Positions 19,792-31,964 are shown, counted from the stretch's first letter. The stretch: DNA of 64,000 nt from Gemmatimonadales bacterium (GCA_037189525.1 JBBCJC010000003.1:544001-608000); one strand, 5' to 3'. A program made the numbers and translations. The notes: generated by a model from the sequence alone, not told the origin.

Positions 19792-19989
19792 GGGGGGCGG
19801 TCCTTCCGGTCGGTCGCTTTATGCTCTGGGCGGGCCAGATCGGCGTCCTCGTTCTCCCGCTGACCATCGTCGTCCTGGACCGTCGAGGCCCACCGGCGCG
19901 GCGACATCTGAACCCATTCATTTCCCGTTTCAAACGGCCGGCCGTCGATCCCGTCGCGAGCCGATCGGCGCCCGGTTTAGATTGCCGCC

Positions 19990-21543
<1,554 letters not shown>

Positions 21544-21556
21544 CGGTGACCATTTC

Positions 21557-23056
21557 ATGACGATACGACGTGTCCTGGTGGCCAACCGGGGTGAAATTGC
21601 GCTCCGGATCATTCGGGCGTGCCACGAAGAGGGACTGGAAGCGGTGGCCGTCTACTCCGACGCCGATCGCGGCTCGCCCTATGTGCGCGCGGCCGACGCC
21701 GCGGTCCATATCGGACCGTCGCAGGCTGCGCAAAGCTATCTGCTGATCGATCGGATTCTCGATGCGGCGCGGTCGACGGGCGCGCAGGCGATCCACCCCG
21801 GCTTCGGATTCCTGTCCGAGCGGGCGCCCTTTGCCCGGGCGGTCGAGGCAGCCGGGCTCGTCTTCATCGGCCCGCCCGCCTCCGCCATCGACGCCATGGG
21901 CGACAAGACCGAAGCTCGGCGGCGGATGGAAGCTGCCGGCGTGCCCGTCGTGCCCGGCGCCATGGCCGCCTTGACCGATCCCGCCGAGGCTGCCGTGCTG
22001 GCCGAATCGCTCGGCTATCCGGTCCTGGTCAAAGCGGCGGCGGGCGGCGGCGGGAAGGGAATGCGCGTCGTTCGCGAAGCTGGCGAGCTGTCGGGAGCGC
22101 TCGAGTCCGCGGCGTCGGAGGCGCTCAAGTCCTTCGGTGACGCGTCGGTCTACCTGGAAAAATTCATCGAAGAGCCCAGGCACGTCGAAATCCAGGTCCT
22201 GGCCGATCACGAGCGGACCATCCATCTGGGCGAGCGCGAGTGCTCGGTGCAGCGCCGGCATCAGAAGCTGTTGGAAGAGGCGCCGAGCGTTGCCGTCGAT
22301 GAAGCGCTCCGCGAACGGATGGGAGCGGCTGCCGTGGCCGCGGCTCGCGCCGTCGGGTATCGGAGCGCGGGCACCTGCGAGTTCCTCCTGGCCCGCGACG
22401 GTTCGTTCTACTTCCTCGAGATGAACACCCGGATCCAGGTCGAGCACCCCGTCACCGAACTGATCTACGGGGTCGATCTGGTGCGCGAGCAGCTGCGCAT
22501 CATGCGCGGCTTGCCGATGAGCGTGCCCGAGGGGCCGCTCACCCCGCGGGGCTGGGCCATCGAATGCCGGATCACGAGTGAAGATCCGGCCAACGGATTT
22601 TTGCCGTCGACCGGGCGGATCGAGTATCTCCGCAGTCCGGCCGGCCCCGGCGTGCGCTGGGACAGCGGCGTCGAAACGGGTGACGAGGTGGGTCTCTTCT
22701 ACGATTCGATGCTCGCCAAGCTGATCGTGCTTGGCCGCTCCCGAGAAGACGCGATCGTCCGGATGGAACGCGCCCTCTGGGAACTGGTCGTGGTCGGCGT
22801 CGCCACCAATCAGTCGTTTCATCTGCGGCTCCTGGCGGATCCCGACTTCCGGGCCGGCAACATCCATATCCAATTCCTGGAACAGCGCCCCGATCTGATC
22901 ACGGGGCCGGCGGCGCCCGAGGTCGTCGAGCGTCTGGCCGTGGCGGCGGCGCTGGCTGAGCATGAACGGCGCCTGTCGCACAAGCCCGCCGTGGCGGTCG
23001 ACGACGGCCGGGCCAGCGCCTGGTTGGCCCGGGCCCGGCAGGAGGGGCTTCGGTAG
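21557..23056 (+). CDS. accC: Biotin carboxylase subunit
   Basis: VLVANRGEIA, HPGFGFLSE, GGGGKGMR, RECSVQRRHQK, EMNTRIQVEHP. Confidence 0.92.
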   Translation: MTIRRVLVANRGEIALRIIRACHEEGLEAVAVYSDADRGSPYVRAADAAVHIGPSQAAQSYLLIDRILDAARSTGAQAIHPGFGFLSERAPFARAVEAAGLVFIGPPASAIDAMGDKTEARRRMEAAGVPVVPGAMAALTDPAEAAVLAESLGYPVLVKAAAGGGGKGMRVVREAGELSGALESAASEALKSFGDASVYLEKFIEEPRHVEIQVLADHERTIHLGERECSVQRRHQKLLEEAPSVAVDEALRERMGAAAVAAARAVGYRSAGTCEFLLARDGSFYFLEMNTRIQVEHPVTELIYGVDLVREQLRIMRGLPMSVPEGPLTPRGWAIECRITSEDPANGFLPSTGRIEYLRSPAGPGVRWDSGVETGDEVGLFYDSMLAKLIVLGRSREDAIVRMERALWELVVVGVATNQSFHLRLLADPDFRAGNIHIQFLEQRPDLITGPAAPEVVERLAVAAALAEHERRLSHKPAVAVDDGRASAWLARARQEGLR

Positions 23057-23059
23057 GCG

Positions 23060-24307
23060 GTGACGACCGAGCTACTGCCGATCGACCGGATGGCAGCGGG
23101 CGGCGTCGGCGTCGGGCGCCTGGCGGACGGGCGCGTGGCTTTCGTGCCGCGTACCGCGCCGGGCGACCGGGTCGAGATGCGGGTGATGCAGGTGGCGCCG
23201 CGGTTCGTGCGCGGCCGCCTGGTGCGCATCGTCGAGCCCGGCCCCGACCGGACCGAGCCCGGGTGTCCGCACTATGTCGCCGATGAATGCGGCGGGTGCC
23301 AGCTCCAGCATCTGTCGGCCGAGGCCCAGCGGCTGGCCCGACGCGCCATCGTGGGCGACGCGATCCGGCGGATCGGCAAGCTGGCGGCCGACGATCCGCC
23401 GCTGGTCCCGGCCGCCGCGGAATGGGGCTACCGGGCCAAGATCTCCCTGAGCCGACGGTCCAACGGGGCGGTGGGCTATCATCGGTACGATCGCCCCGGC
23501 GAGATCTTTCCGGTGCGCGAGTGTCCCATCGCGGCTGAGGGCATCAACCGCCTGCTGAGCCGGCTGCGCCAGAGCCGTCCGGACCTGCCGCGTCACCTGG
23601 CTCGGCTGGTGCTTCGGCTCGACCGGTCGGGAGCGGAGCACGTCGTCGTGGAAACCGGGGAGGGGCCGGTGTGGCAGGGCGGCCGCGCGCTCCATGCGGC
23701 CATCCAGGCCGAGGCGCCGCTCACGATCTGGTGGCGCCAGGCGGGTGAGGCGCCGCGGGCCGTGGCCGGGAGTGACAGCGCCTATCCGCCGACGGCGTTC
23801 GAGCAGGTCAATCCGGTCATGGGCGACCGGGTTCGGGCGGCGGCGGTGGAGCGCCTGGGTGCGGTCGGGGGGCGGTCGGTCTGGGATCTCTATGCCGGCA
23901 TTGGGGAAACCAGCACCATGCTCGCCGAAGGCGGCGCGGACGTTGTCAGCGTCGAGTGGGACCGCAGCGCCGTGGCCGAGTCGGCTCGGCGGCAGGCGTC
24001 CTTTGGCCGGCAGATCGAGCGGATCGCCGGCGCCGTCGAGCGGGTCATCGGATCGCTCGGCCGCCCGGACCGGGTGGTGGTCAATCCGCCCCGGTCCGGG
24101 ATGGCAGCTGCGGTGGTCGACGGTCTCCGGGAGCGGCGTCCGGAGCGGATCGTCTATGTCTCCTGTGATCCGGCAACGCTGGGCCGGGACCTGGCCCGTC
24201 TGGTCGGGTCGGGGCCGCCGGCCTATCGGCTCGTGAGCCTGGAAGCCTTCGATCTCTTCCCTCAGACGGCCCATGTGGAAACCGTGGCCGTGATGGAGCG
24301 GGCATGA
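23060..24307 (+). CDS. rlmD: RlmD/TrmA-family RNA m5U methyltransferase with TRAM domain
   Basis: CPHY...CGGCQLQH, FEQVN, DLYAGIG, NPPRSG, YVSCDPATL, DLFPQTAHVE. Confidence 0.85.
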   Translation: MTTELLPIDRMAAGGVGVGRLADGRVAFVPRTAPGDRVEMRVMQVAPRFVRGRLVRIVEPGPDRTEPGCPHYVADECGGCQLQHLSAEAQRLARRAIVGDAIRRIGKLAADDPPLVPAAAEWGYRAKISLSRRSNGAVGYHRYDRPGEIFPVRECPIAAEGINRLLSRLRQSRPDLPRHLARLVLRLDRSGAEHVVVETGEGPVWQGGRALHAAIQAEAPLTIWWRQAGEAPRAVAGSDSAYPPTAFEQVNPVMGDRVRAAAVERLGAVGGRSVWDLYAGIGETSTMLAEGGADVVSVEWDRSAVAESARRQASFGRQIERIAGAVERVIGSLGRPDRVVVNPPRSGMAAAVVDGLRERRPERIVYVSCDPATLGRDLARLVGSGPPAYRLVSLEAFDLFPQTAHVETVAVMERA

Positions 24308-24819
24308 AATACGTCGTGACGATTGCGGGTCAGCAGGTCGAGGTCGAGGTGATGCCCGAAGGGGTCCGGGTCGGCGGGACGCTCCGCCGGGCGGAACTCC
24401 GGCGGGTTCCGGGGACCCCGCTCGCCAACCTCCTGCTGGATGACTCCTCCTGGATCGTGACCTTGTCTCCGGGCAAGCCGGGAGAGTGGGCCCTGCAGCG
24501 GCGTGGCGAGCGGTTCGAGGTCGACGTGGTCGATGAACGGACCCGTCACATCCGGAGCCTGGTGGGCGAGGGCAAGGCCCAGGGCGGGCCGGTGGTGCTC
24601 AAGGCGCCGATGCCGGGGCTGGTGGTCCGGGTCCTGGTGGAGCCGGGCCAGTCGGTCGTGGCGGGCCAGGGCCTGGTCGTTCTCGAGGCCATGAAGATGG
24701 AAAACGAGCTCAAAGCGGCCGGCCCGGGCATCGTCGACCAGATCCTGGCCACGCCCGGACAGGCCGTCGAGAAAGGGGCGCAGCTGATCACCTTTGCCGC
24801 ACCACCGGCGGCCTCCTGA
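24304..24819 (+). CDS. Biotin carboxyl carrier protein
   Basis: APMPG and EAMKMEN biotinylation motif. Confidence 0.93.
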   Translation: MKYVVTIAGQQVEVEVMPEGVRVGGTLRRAELRRVPGTPLANLLLDDSSWIVTLSPGKPGEWALQRRGERFEVDVVDERTRHIRSLVGEGKAQGGPVVLKAPMPGLVVRVLVEPGQSVVAGQGLVVLEAMKMENELKAAGPGIVDQILATPGQAVEKGAQLITFAAPPAAS

Positions 24820-24881
24820 CGGCGAGGAGACCCCGACGCCCCCGGACCTGAGCCGCGACAGGCGTGCCGGCCGGGGTTAAA

Positions 24882-24912
24882 CTTGACCTAAGTCAAGCCC
24901 CCACAGTATTAT
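24882..24912 (+). promoter_or_regulatory. Putative rplM promoter with inverted repeat over the -35
   Basis: TTGACC-N18-TATTAT; CTTGAC-CTAA-GTCAAG at 24882-24897. Confidence 0.55.
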
Positions 24913-24968
24913 TCATGGCTCCGCGATAATCGCGACGAGCGCCGAACATAGAGGATGCACGCACGGCC

Positions 24969-25412
24969 ATGAAGACTTTTTCGGAGCGAACGCAAGACGT
25001 TCAGCACGGCTGGCATGTCGTTGATGCCAGCGGGGTCCCGCTTGGGCGCCTCGCGAGCACCGTTGCGCAGCTCATTCGAGGGAAGCACAAACCGACCTTC
25101 ACGCCGCACGTCGACGGGGGCGATTTCGTCATCGTCGTCAACGCGGACAAGGTCAAGTTGACCGGGACCAAGCTCGAGAACAAGCGGGCCTTCCGGCACA
25201 CCGGCTACATGGGTCACGAGCGGTTCACGCCGGTCAAGGACCTCCTGGCCAAGCACCCGGATCGCGTGATTCAGAAGGCGGTCTTCGGGATGCTGCCCAA
25301 GAACGCGCTCTCGAAGCAGCGCCTGCGCGGCAAGCTCAAGGTGTATGCCGGCGAGAGCCATCCGCATGCTGCGCAGAGTCCGAAAGCTTACCCGATCAAG
25401 GTGTCCGCATGA
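24969..25412 (+). CDS. rplM: 50S ribosomal protein L13
   Basis: WHVVDA, LGRLAS, GKHKPTFTPHVDGGD, GMLPKN. Confidence 0.97.
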   Translation: MKTFSERTQDVQHGWHVVDASGVPLGRLASTVAQLIRGKHKPTFTPHVDGGDFVIVVNADKVKLTGTKLENKRAFRHTGYMGHERFTPVKDLLAKHPDRVIQKAVFGMLPKNALSKQRLRGKLKVYAGESHPHAAQSPKAYPIKVSA

Positions 25413-25813
25413 CCGCGAGTCCCGAATTGCTGCGTTGGCATGGCGTTGGCCGCCGCAAGACCAGTGTTGCCCGCGTCTACCTCACGCCCGGAACCGGGAA
25501 GTGGGAAGTCAACGGCCGGACGCTGGGCGATTACTTCCCGCGTCCCTCGCTGGTCCAGCACATCCAGCAGCCGTTTTCGGCGACCGACACGCTGGGTGCC
25601 TTCGACGTGCGGGCGCATTGTGATGGCGGCGGGGTGACCGGTCAGGCCGGCGCGCTCCGGTTGGGCATTGCCCGGGCGTTGCTCGAGGTCGATGGTATGC
25701 ATCGCACCAAGCTGCGCGCCGGCGGATTGCTGACCCGCGACCCGCGTGCGGTCGAGCGGAAGAAGCCGGGTCGTCCCGGCGCCCGGAAGCGGTTCCAGTT
25801 CAGCAAGCGGTAA
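25409..25813 (+). CDS. rpsI: 30S ribosomal protein S9
   Basis: GRRKTSVARV, GGGVTGQAGA, ERKKPG...QFSKR. Confidence 0.97.
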   Translation: MTASPELLRWHGVGRRKTSVARVYLTPGTGKWEVNGRTLGDYFPRPSLVQHIQQPFSATDTLGAFDVRAHCDGGGVTGQAGALRLGIARALLEVDGMHRTKLRAGGLLTRDPRAVERKKPGRPGARKRFQFSKR

Positions 25814-25871
25814 TCACAGCGGATTGGCGGGCGGCTCCGGAGTTTTCTCCTGGCCGCCGCCGATCCGAACG

Positions 25872-25950
25872 ACACACATCGCCGGATCGATTGCGGGGTG
25901 CCCTGCGGGGTTCGTGATCGAGACGATGGCGGTGGCGGATCAAACCCGAA
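25872..25950 (+). ncRNA. t44-like rpsB leader (S2 autoregulatory RNA)
   Basis: ACACACA...GGGGTGCCC-TGC-GGGGT...AACCC in the same order as the E. coli t44 leader, directly upstream of rpsB. Confidence 0.7.
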
Positions 25951-25974
25951 TACTTGGAAGGATTTGTTCTTCGA

Positions 25975-26871
25975 ATGGCGCTGCCTGAACTGCAGGAACT
26001 GCTCGACGCAGGTGTTCATTTCGGTCACCAGACCCGCCGGTGGAATCCGAAGATGCGGCGATTCATCTTCGCTGAACGCTCCGGGATCTACCTGATCGAC
26101 CTCCAGAAGACCCGCACCCAGATTGCCAAGGCGCAGGAGCTGATCAAGTCGGTGGTGACGCGGGGCGAGAACGTCCTCTTCGTCTGCACTAAGAAGCAGC
26201 TCAAGGCGCTGGTCCAGGTCGATGCCGCCGAGTGCAATGCGCTCTGGGTCACCGAGCGGTGGCTGGGCGGGACGCTCACCAATTTCCAGACCATCAAGCG
26301 TCAGATTCGGCGCCTGCGGGAGCTGGAGCAGGGTGCGACCGACGGCGATTTCGACAACTACACCAAGAAAGAAAAGCTGCTGTTCGAGCGTGAGCGGGTC
26401 AAACTGTCCCGGTACCTCGAAGGCGTGAAGCAGATGAGCCGTCTCCCCGGCGCGATCTTCGTGGTCGATGCCAAGAAGGAGCGGATCGCGATTCAGGAAG
26501 CCAACAAGCTGGGCATTCCGGTGGTCGCGATCGTCGATACCAATGCCGATCCGGACGTCGTGACGGTGCCGATTCCGGGCAACGACGACGCGATCCGGTC
26601 GGTGGGCCTGATCACGCGGGCGTTGGCCGAGACGGTCAAGGAAGGCCGGATGGCGGCGCCGACGCGTGATAGCGCGGACGATGCCGAATCCGAGACCTAC
26701 AGCACCGATGCCGGCAGCGAGGGCGAGGGCGATGGAGATCGTCGCCGGCGCCGGGCGGGTGCTCCGGCTGGCGGCGGCGGGGCCGGTGGCGCCCGTAAGC
26801 GGCGGCCGAAGCCCGAAGCCATCGCGGCGCGGCTCAAGACGGATGGCGATGCACCGGCGGGAGACGCCTGA
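25975..26871 (+). CDS. rpsB: 30S ribosomal protein S2
   Basis: AGVHFGHQTRRWNPKM, RWLGGTLTN, PGNDDAIRS. Confidence 0.97.
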   Translation: MALPELQELLDAGVHFGHQTRRWNPKMRRFIFAERSGIYLIDLQKTRTQIAKAQELIKSVVTRGENVLFVCTKKQLKALVQVDAAECNALWVTERWLGGTLTNFQTIKRQIRRLRELEQGATDGDFDNYTKKEKLLFERERVKLSRYLEGVKQMSRLPGAIFVVDAKKERIAIQEANKLGIPVVAIVDTNADPDVVTVPIPGNDDAIRSVGLITRALAETVKEGRMAAPTRDSADDAESETYSTDAGSEGEGDGDRRRRRAGAPAGGGGAGGARKRRPKPEAIAARLKTDGDAPAGDA

Positions 26872-27019
26872 CCGGCTCGCCGACCAAGCGCCTCTGATCC
26901 AGTTGCCGCCGCGCAATGGCCCCCGAGGGTCGTTCGCGGCGGCGTCGTATCGGACTGCAGCATCGGCGCCGTTTCCAAGTGTGGATCAATTCTTTACTCC
27001 GTAAACCTGGTTGATAGAC

Positions 27020-27886
27020 ATGAGTTACAAGCCAACACCGAAAGAGATCAGCGAGCTCAGGGCCCGAACCGGCGCCGGTATCGGCGACTGCAAGGCGGCG
27101 CTCGAAGAAACCGGCGGCGACATGGAGAAGGCTGCGGAGTCGCTGCGCAAGCGCGGCATTGCCAAGGCCGAGAAGCGGGCCGGGCGGAGCGCGGGCCAGG
27201 GGCTGGTGGTCATTCACTTAGCCCAGGACGGGCGGTCGGGCGGCATCATCGAGCTCAACTGCGAAACCGACTTCGTTGCCAAGACCGACGACTTCCAGTC
27301 GCTCGCGAACGATCTGGCGGTGCATGTCGCGGCCCACGCGCCGGAGGGCATCAAGGCCGGATCGATCGACGAGCAGTCGTTCCGCGGGAAGACGCTGGCC
27401 GAGGCGATCAAGGAAGTCTCGGGCAAGACCGGTGAGGCGATGACCCTCAACCGCTATGCCCGGTTCGTCCAGCCCGAGGGCGTGGTGGCGTCGTACCTCC
27501 ATCACAACGGCCAGGTCGGTGTGCTGGTCGACGTGGCCGGACCCGCGGGCGACGTGCTGCTGGCGCTGGCCAAGGACGTGGCGCTCCACATCGCGTCCGC
27601 CGATCCGGTCGGCGTGACTGAGGCGGACATCCCGGCCGATCTGGTCGATCGGGAGCGCCGGATTGCCGAGGAGCAGGTGGCGGCCGAGGGTAAGCCGGAG
27701 AACATCCGGGCCAAGATCGTCGACGGCAAGGTGCGCAAGTTCGTAGCCGAGCGGACGCTGGTGGGTCAGCCGTTCGTGAAGGACGAGAACCAGTCGGTGG
27801 GCGATCTGATCGCCGCAGCCTCGAAGGCCGCCGGGGCGACCGTCACGGTGCGCCGTTTTGCCCGCTTCAAGGTGGGTGAGGCCTAA
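27020..27886 (+). CDS. tsf: Elongation factor Ts
   Basis: [26 protein letters not shown]. Confidence 0.97.
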   Translation: MSYKPTPKEISELRARTGAGIGDCKAALEETGGDMEKAAESLRKRGIAKAEKRAGRSAGQGLVVIHLAQDGRSGGIIELNCETDFVAKTDDFQSLANDLAVHVAAHAPEGIKAGSIDEQSFRGKTLAEAIKEVSGKTGEAMTLNRYARFVQPEGVVASYLHHNGQVGVLVDVAGPAGDVLLALAKDVALHIASADPVGVTEADIPADLVDRERRIAEEQVAAEGKPENIRAKIVDGKVRKFVAERTLVGQPFVKDENQSVGDLIAAASKAAGATVTVRRFARFKVGEA

Positions 27887-28596
27887 TGGGCTTGGCGTAT
27901 CGCCGAGCCCTGCTCAAGCTCTCCGGCGAGGCGCTCGCCGGGGAGCGGTCCTCCGGTCTGGACTACGGTATCGTCGAAGGCCTGGCCGGGCAGCTCAAAG
28001 GCGTGCACGCGCAAGGGCTCCATCTGGGCCTGGTGGTCGGCGGTGGCAATATCGTGCGCGGCACGCACGCCAGTAAGGAAGGGCTCGACCGCGTCAACGC
28101 CGACTACATGGGCATGCTGGCGACGGTCATCAATGCGCTGGCTCTGCAGGACATCCTCGAGAAAATGGAAGTGCAGACCCGGGTGATGACGGCGATTCGG
28201 ATGGAGTCGCTGGCGGAGCCGTACATTCGCCGTCGCGCGGTTCGCCATCTCGAAAAAGGCCGGATGGTGATCTTTGCCGGCGGGACCGGGAATCCGTTCT
28301 TCTCGACCGACACGGCCGCGGTACTCAGGGCGCTGGAAATCGGCGCCGAGGTGATCCTCAAAGCCACCAGCGTCGACGGGATCTACACCGGAGACCCCAA
28401 GAAGGAGCCCGACGCGAAGTTCATTCCGGAGTTATCCTTCCAGGAGGCGATCGTGAAAGGGTATGCCGTGATGGATGCCAATGCGTTCGCGCTCTGCAAG
28501 GACAACAAGCTGCCGATCGTGGTCTTCAACATGAACAAACCCGGCGCCATTGCCAGAGTGCTGTCCGGGGAACGAGTGGGGACGATCGTACGATGA
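27886..28596 (+). CDS. pyrH: UMP kinase
   Basis: [26 protein letters not shown]. Confidence 0.97.
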   Translation: MGLAYRRALLKLSGEALAGERSSGLDYGIVEGLAGQLKGVHAQGLHLGLVVGGGNIVRGTHASKEGLDRVNADYMGMLATVINALALQDILEKMEVQTRVMTAIRMESLAEPYIRRRAVRHLEKGRMVIFAGGTGNPFFSTDTAAVLRALEIGAEVILKATSVDGIYTGDPKKEPDAKFIPELSFQEAIVKGYAVMDANAFALCKDNKLPIVVFNMNKPGAIARVLSGERVGTIVR

Positions 28597-29147
28597 GCCA
28601 GATTCCCGAGATCCAGAAGCACGCCCGGGAGGGCATGCACAAAGCCGTCGAGAATACCAAGCGGGAGTTCAGTTCGATCCGCACCGGCAGGGCCAGCACG
28701 CATCTGCTCGATGTGCTGCGGGTCGAGGCCTATGGCACCCATCTGCCGATCAATCAGGTCGGGATGGTCTCGGCGCCCGAGCCGCGGCTGCTGACGATCC
28801 AGGCCCACGATAAGTCATTGATCATGCCGATCGAGAAGGCGATTCGTGAGTCCGATCTCGGTCTCAATCCGTCGACCCAGGGCAACCTGATCCGGATTCC
28901 GATTCCGCCGCTCTCGCAGGAACGGCGCAAAGACCTGATCAAGGTGATCCACAAGCTGGCCGAGGAAGGGCGGATCGCGATCCGCCACGCGCGCACCGAC
29001 GCGTTGCAGAAGGTCAAGAAGGTCGAACACGTCTCCGAAGACGACAAGACCCGCGCCGAAAAGGACATTCAGAAGCTGACCGACGAGCACGTCAAGCAAG
29101 TCGACCAGCTGGTGCAGGGCAAAGAAGTGGAGATCATGGAGGTTTGA
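28593..29147 (+). CDS. frr: Ribosome recycling factor
   Basis: [22 protein letters not shown]. Confidence 0.97.
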   Translation: MSQIPEIQKHAREGMHKAVENTKREFSSIRTGRASTHLLDVLRVEAYGTHLPINQVGMVSAPEPRLLTIQAHDKSLIMPIEKAIRESDLGLNPSTQGNLIRIPIPPLSQERRKDLIKVIHKLAEEGRIAIRHARTDALQKVKKVEHVSEDDKTRAEKDIQKLTDEHVKQVDQLVQGKEVEIMEV

Positions 29148-29893
29148 CCTCCGATCCGGCGCAGGTGCTGGCGCGCGTGCAGCGTGATGGCCGGGTGCCC
29201 GGTCATGTCGCGGTGATCATGGACGGAAACGGCCGCTGGGCTGCGCAGCGGGATCTGCCGCGGACCGCCGGTCATCAGGCCGGCATGGCGACGGTCCGCC
29301 GGATCGTCGAAGCGAGTATCGCCGCGGGGGTGCGCACCCTGACTGTGTTTGCGTTCAGCCAGGAAAACTGGCAGCGCCCGCCCGAAGAGATCGATGCGCT
29401 GATGGCGCTGTTGCAGGAGTATGTCGCGACCCAGTCGGCCGAGTTGTCGGCCCAGGGCGTTCGGGTCCGCATGCTGGGCGATCTGACCCGCCTCTCGCCG
29501 GCTGCGCGCCGAGCGGTGGAGTTCGTCGAAGGCGCCACCGCTTCGGGCACCACGCTGGCGCTCAACATCTGCATTTCCTACAGCGCGCGGGCGGAACTCG
29601 TGACGGTTGCCAGGCAACTGGCGACGGACGCGGCGGCGGGTCGGATCGACCCCGCCGCGATCGACGAGGCCGATATCGCGGAGCGGCTCTACACCGCGCC
29701 CTGGGGCGATCCGGATCTGCTGATCCGCACCTCGGGTGAGTTCCGGATTTCGAATTTCCTGCTCTGGCAACTCGCGTACGCCGAGCTCTATGTGACCCCG
29801 GTGCTGTGGCCCGATTTCGGCCCGTCCGATTTCTACGAGGCGTTACTCGACTACCAGCGTCGAGAGCGGCGTTTCGGGCGGGTCTCAGCCTGA
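29144..29893 (+). CDS. uppS: Undecaprenyl diphosphate synthase
   Basis: HVAVIMDGNGRWA, FSQENWQRP, IRTSGEFRISNFLLWQ; TTG start overlapping frr stop. Confidence 0.95.
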   Translation: MTSDPAQVLARVQRDGRVPGHVAVIMDGNGRWAAQRDLPRTAGHQAGMATVRRIVEASIAAGVRTLTVFAFSQENWQRPPEEIDALMALLQEYVATQSAELSAQGVRVRMLGDLTRLSPAARRAVEFVEGATASGTTLALNICISYSARAELVTVARQLATDAAAGRIDPAAIDEADIAERLYTAPWGDPDLLIRTSGEFRISNFLLWQLAYAELYVTPVLWPDFGPSDFYEALLDYQRRERRFGRVSA

Positions 29894-29905
29894 GGACGGT
29901 TGGCC

Positions 29906-30787
29906 ATGTCGAATAACCTGCAGCGCATCCTCTTTGCCGTCATTGCCATTCCGATTGCCCTCGGGGTCGTCTACTGGGGCGACTGGCCGCTGGCGGTGCT
30001 CGTCGCGCTGATCGCCGCGCTTGGCGCGAAGGAGATGGTTTCGCTGGCGCGGCACCAGGGCCTCGCGCCGCTCGACAAACATGCCATCGCCTTTTCCACC
30101 GTCATTCCGATCGGGGTTTGGCTGACCTACGGCGGCCAGCCGATTGCCTGGGGTAATTTCGCGCTGACGTCGCTGATGCCCTCGGTCTGGTTTACCCTGG
30201 CCGGTACGGTCATCTGGATTCTGACCGCGACCCTGATCCGTCGCAATCCCGATGAGCGCCCGCTCGGCGTGGCAAGCGTCACCTTACTGGTGCCCCTCTA
30301 CTGCGCCGTCCTGCCCAGCTTTCTTCTGGGGATCCGGTATGCCACAGGGCTCGGCCGGAGTTGGGAAGCGACCGCGGCAGTCTTCTTTCCGCTGGCGGTG
30401 ACCTGGATCTGTGACACCGCCGCGATGTACGCGGGCAAGGCCATCGGCGGAGCGAAGCTTGCACCGGTTGTGAGCCCCGGTAAGACACGGGCTGGGTCGG
30501 TCGCCGGGCTGATTGCGGGCCTGGTCACCGCGGTCCTGTTCAATCGGCTGGTGATGACGCCGTTAGGGTTCACCATCAGCGATCTCGAAGCCGTGGCGTT
30601 CGGCGTGGTGCTGTCGGTTGCTGCGCAAATCGGTGACCTGGCCGAGTCGCTCTTCAAGCGGGAGGCGGGGGTCAAGGACTCGAGCGGGCTGATTCCGGGC
30701 CATGGCGGAGTTCTCGATCGCTTCGACGCACTGTACTTCGTGGTGCCGATCGCGGCGATGCTCTACAGCATCTTCGGCGTGATCTGA
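29906..30787 (+). CDS. cdsA: Phosphatidate cytidylyltransferase
   Basis: SPGKT, GDLAESLFKREAGVKDS, PGHGGVLDRFD. Confidence 0.95.
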   Translation: MSNNLQRILFAVIAIPIALGVVYWGDWPLAVLVALIAALGAKEMVSLARHQGLAPLDKHAIAFSTVIPIGVWLTYGGQPIAWGNFALTSLMPSVWFTLAGTVIWILTATLIRRNPDERPLGVASVTLLVPLYCAVLPSFLLGIRYATGLGRSWEATAAVFFPLAVTWICDTAAMYAGKAIGGAKLAPVVSPGKTRAGSVAGLIAGLVTAVLFNRLVMTPLGFTISDLEAVAFGVVLSVAAQIGDLAESLFKREAGVKDSSGLIPGHGGVLDRFDALYFVVPIAAMLYSIFGVI

Positions 30788-30795
30788 TTCCAGCC

Positions 30796-31929
30796 ATGCG
30801 CGGTGTTGCCGTCTTGGGATCGACCGGGTCGATCGGTTGTTCCACGCTCGATGTGCTGCGCCGGCACCGCGACCGTTTCCGCTTGGTGGCGCTCACCGCC
30901 GGTACCAATGCCGCAGCGCTTGATGCGCAGGTGGCGGAGTGGCAACCGGTGTTTGCCGGCCTGGTCAACGGCACGGTCGGCGGCAGCCGGGCCAACGGGA
31001 CGGCCTGTCTGGTCGAGGCCGCCACCCATCCCGATGTCGATATCGTCGTCAATGCCGTGGTCGGATTTGCCGGACTCGAAGCGACGCTCGCGGCGCTGGA
31101 AGCGGGCAAGCGGGTTGCCCTGGCCAACAAGGAGTCGCTGGTCGCTGCGGCATCGCTGGTCGAACGGGCCCGCCGCAGGGGCGGCGGGGAACTGGTGCCG
31201 GTCGATTCGGAGCATAGCGCGGTGCTCCAGTGCCTCACGACCGACGGCCCGCGTCCGACCCGGCTGATTCTCACGGCTTCCGGCGGACCGTTTCGCGACT
31301 GGCCCGCCGATCGGGTGGTGGCCGCCACGGTGTCCGAGGCGCTGCAGCATCCGACCTGGCGGATGGGTAGCAAGATCACGGTCGACAGCGCGACGCTGGC
31401 CAACAAGGCGCTCGAGGTCATCGAGGCGCATGTTTTGTTCGATCTCCCGTACGATGCGATCGACGTCGTGGTGCATCCGCAGAGCGTGGTGCATGCGTTC
31501 GTCGAGTTTGCCGATGGCAGCGTGCTGAGCCAGCTCGGCTATCCGTCGATGGAATTGCCCATCCTCTATGCGCTGACCTATCCGGAGCGGTTGCCGGATG
31601 CGGGCGTTCGCCGGTTCGATCCGGTCACGGCCGGTCCGCTCACCTTCGAGCCGGTTCGTCACGATGTGTTCCGTACCTTTGCGATCGGCGTGGCCGCCGG
31701 CCGCGCAGGCGGTACGGCGCCGGCCGTGTTCAACGCAGCCAACGAAGTGGTGGTTGCGGCGTTCCTGGCCGAGGAGATCGGATTTGGCCGGATTGCTGAA
31801 GTGGTCGATCAGGTGCTGGGGTTGCATCGGACCGAACCGGCCGACGACCTCGTCGCGATTCGGCGGGCGGATGCCTGGGCCCGCACGGCCGCGCGGGCTA
31901 CCATCGAGGGCACGCGGGCCGGGGTGTAA
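30796..31929 (+). CDS. dxr: 1-deoxy-D-xylulose 5-phosphate reductoisomerase
   Basis: LGSTGSIG, LANKESLV, PVDSEH, HPTWRMGSKITVDSATL, NAANE. Confidence 0.97.
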   Translation: MRGVAVLGSTGSIGCSTLDVLRRHRDRFRLVALTAGTNAAALDAQVAEWQPVFAGLVNGTVGGSRANGTACLVEAATHPDVDIVVNAVVGFAGLEATLAALEAGKRVALANKESLVAAASLVERARRRGGGELVPVDSEHSAVLQCLTTDGPRPTRLILTASGGPFRDWPADRVVAATVSEALQHPTWRMGSKITVDSATLANKALEVIEAHVLFDLPYDAIDVVVHPQSVVHAFVEFADGSVLSQLGYPSMELPILYALTYPERLPDAGVRRFDPVTAGPLTFEPVRHDVFRTFAIGVAAGRAGGTAPAVFNAANEVVVAAFLAEEIGFGRIAEVVDQVLGLHRTEPADDLVAIRRADAWARTAARATIEGTRAGV

Positions 31930-31964
31930 CGCCGTCTGTTACTCGATGGGGGTGGGGGGTGGGC

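Noticed and set aside
31948..31963. G-rich run GGGGGTGGGGGGTGGG as a G-quadruplex next to the attenuator promoter
   Set aside because: Only three separated G-runs; not distinguishable from GC background.
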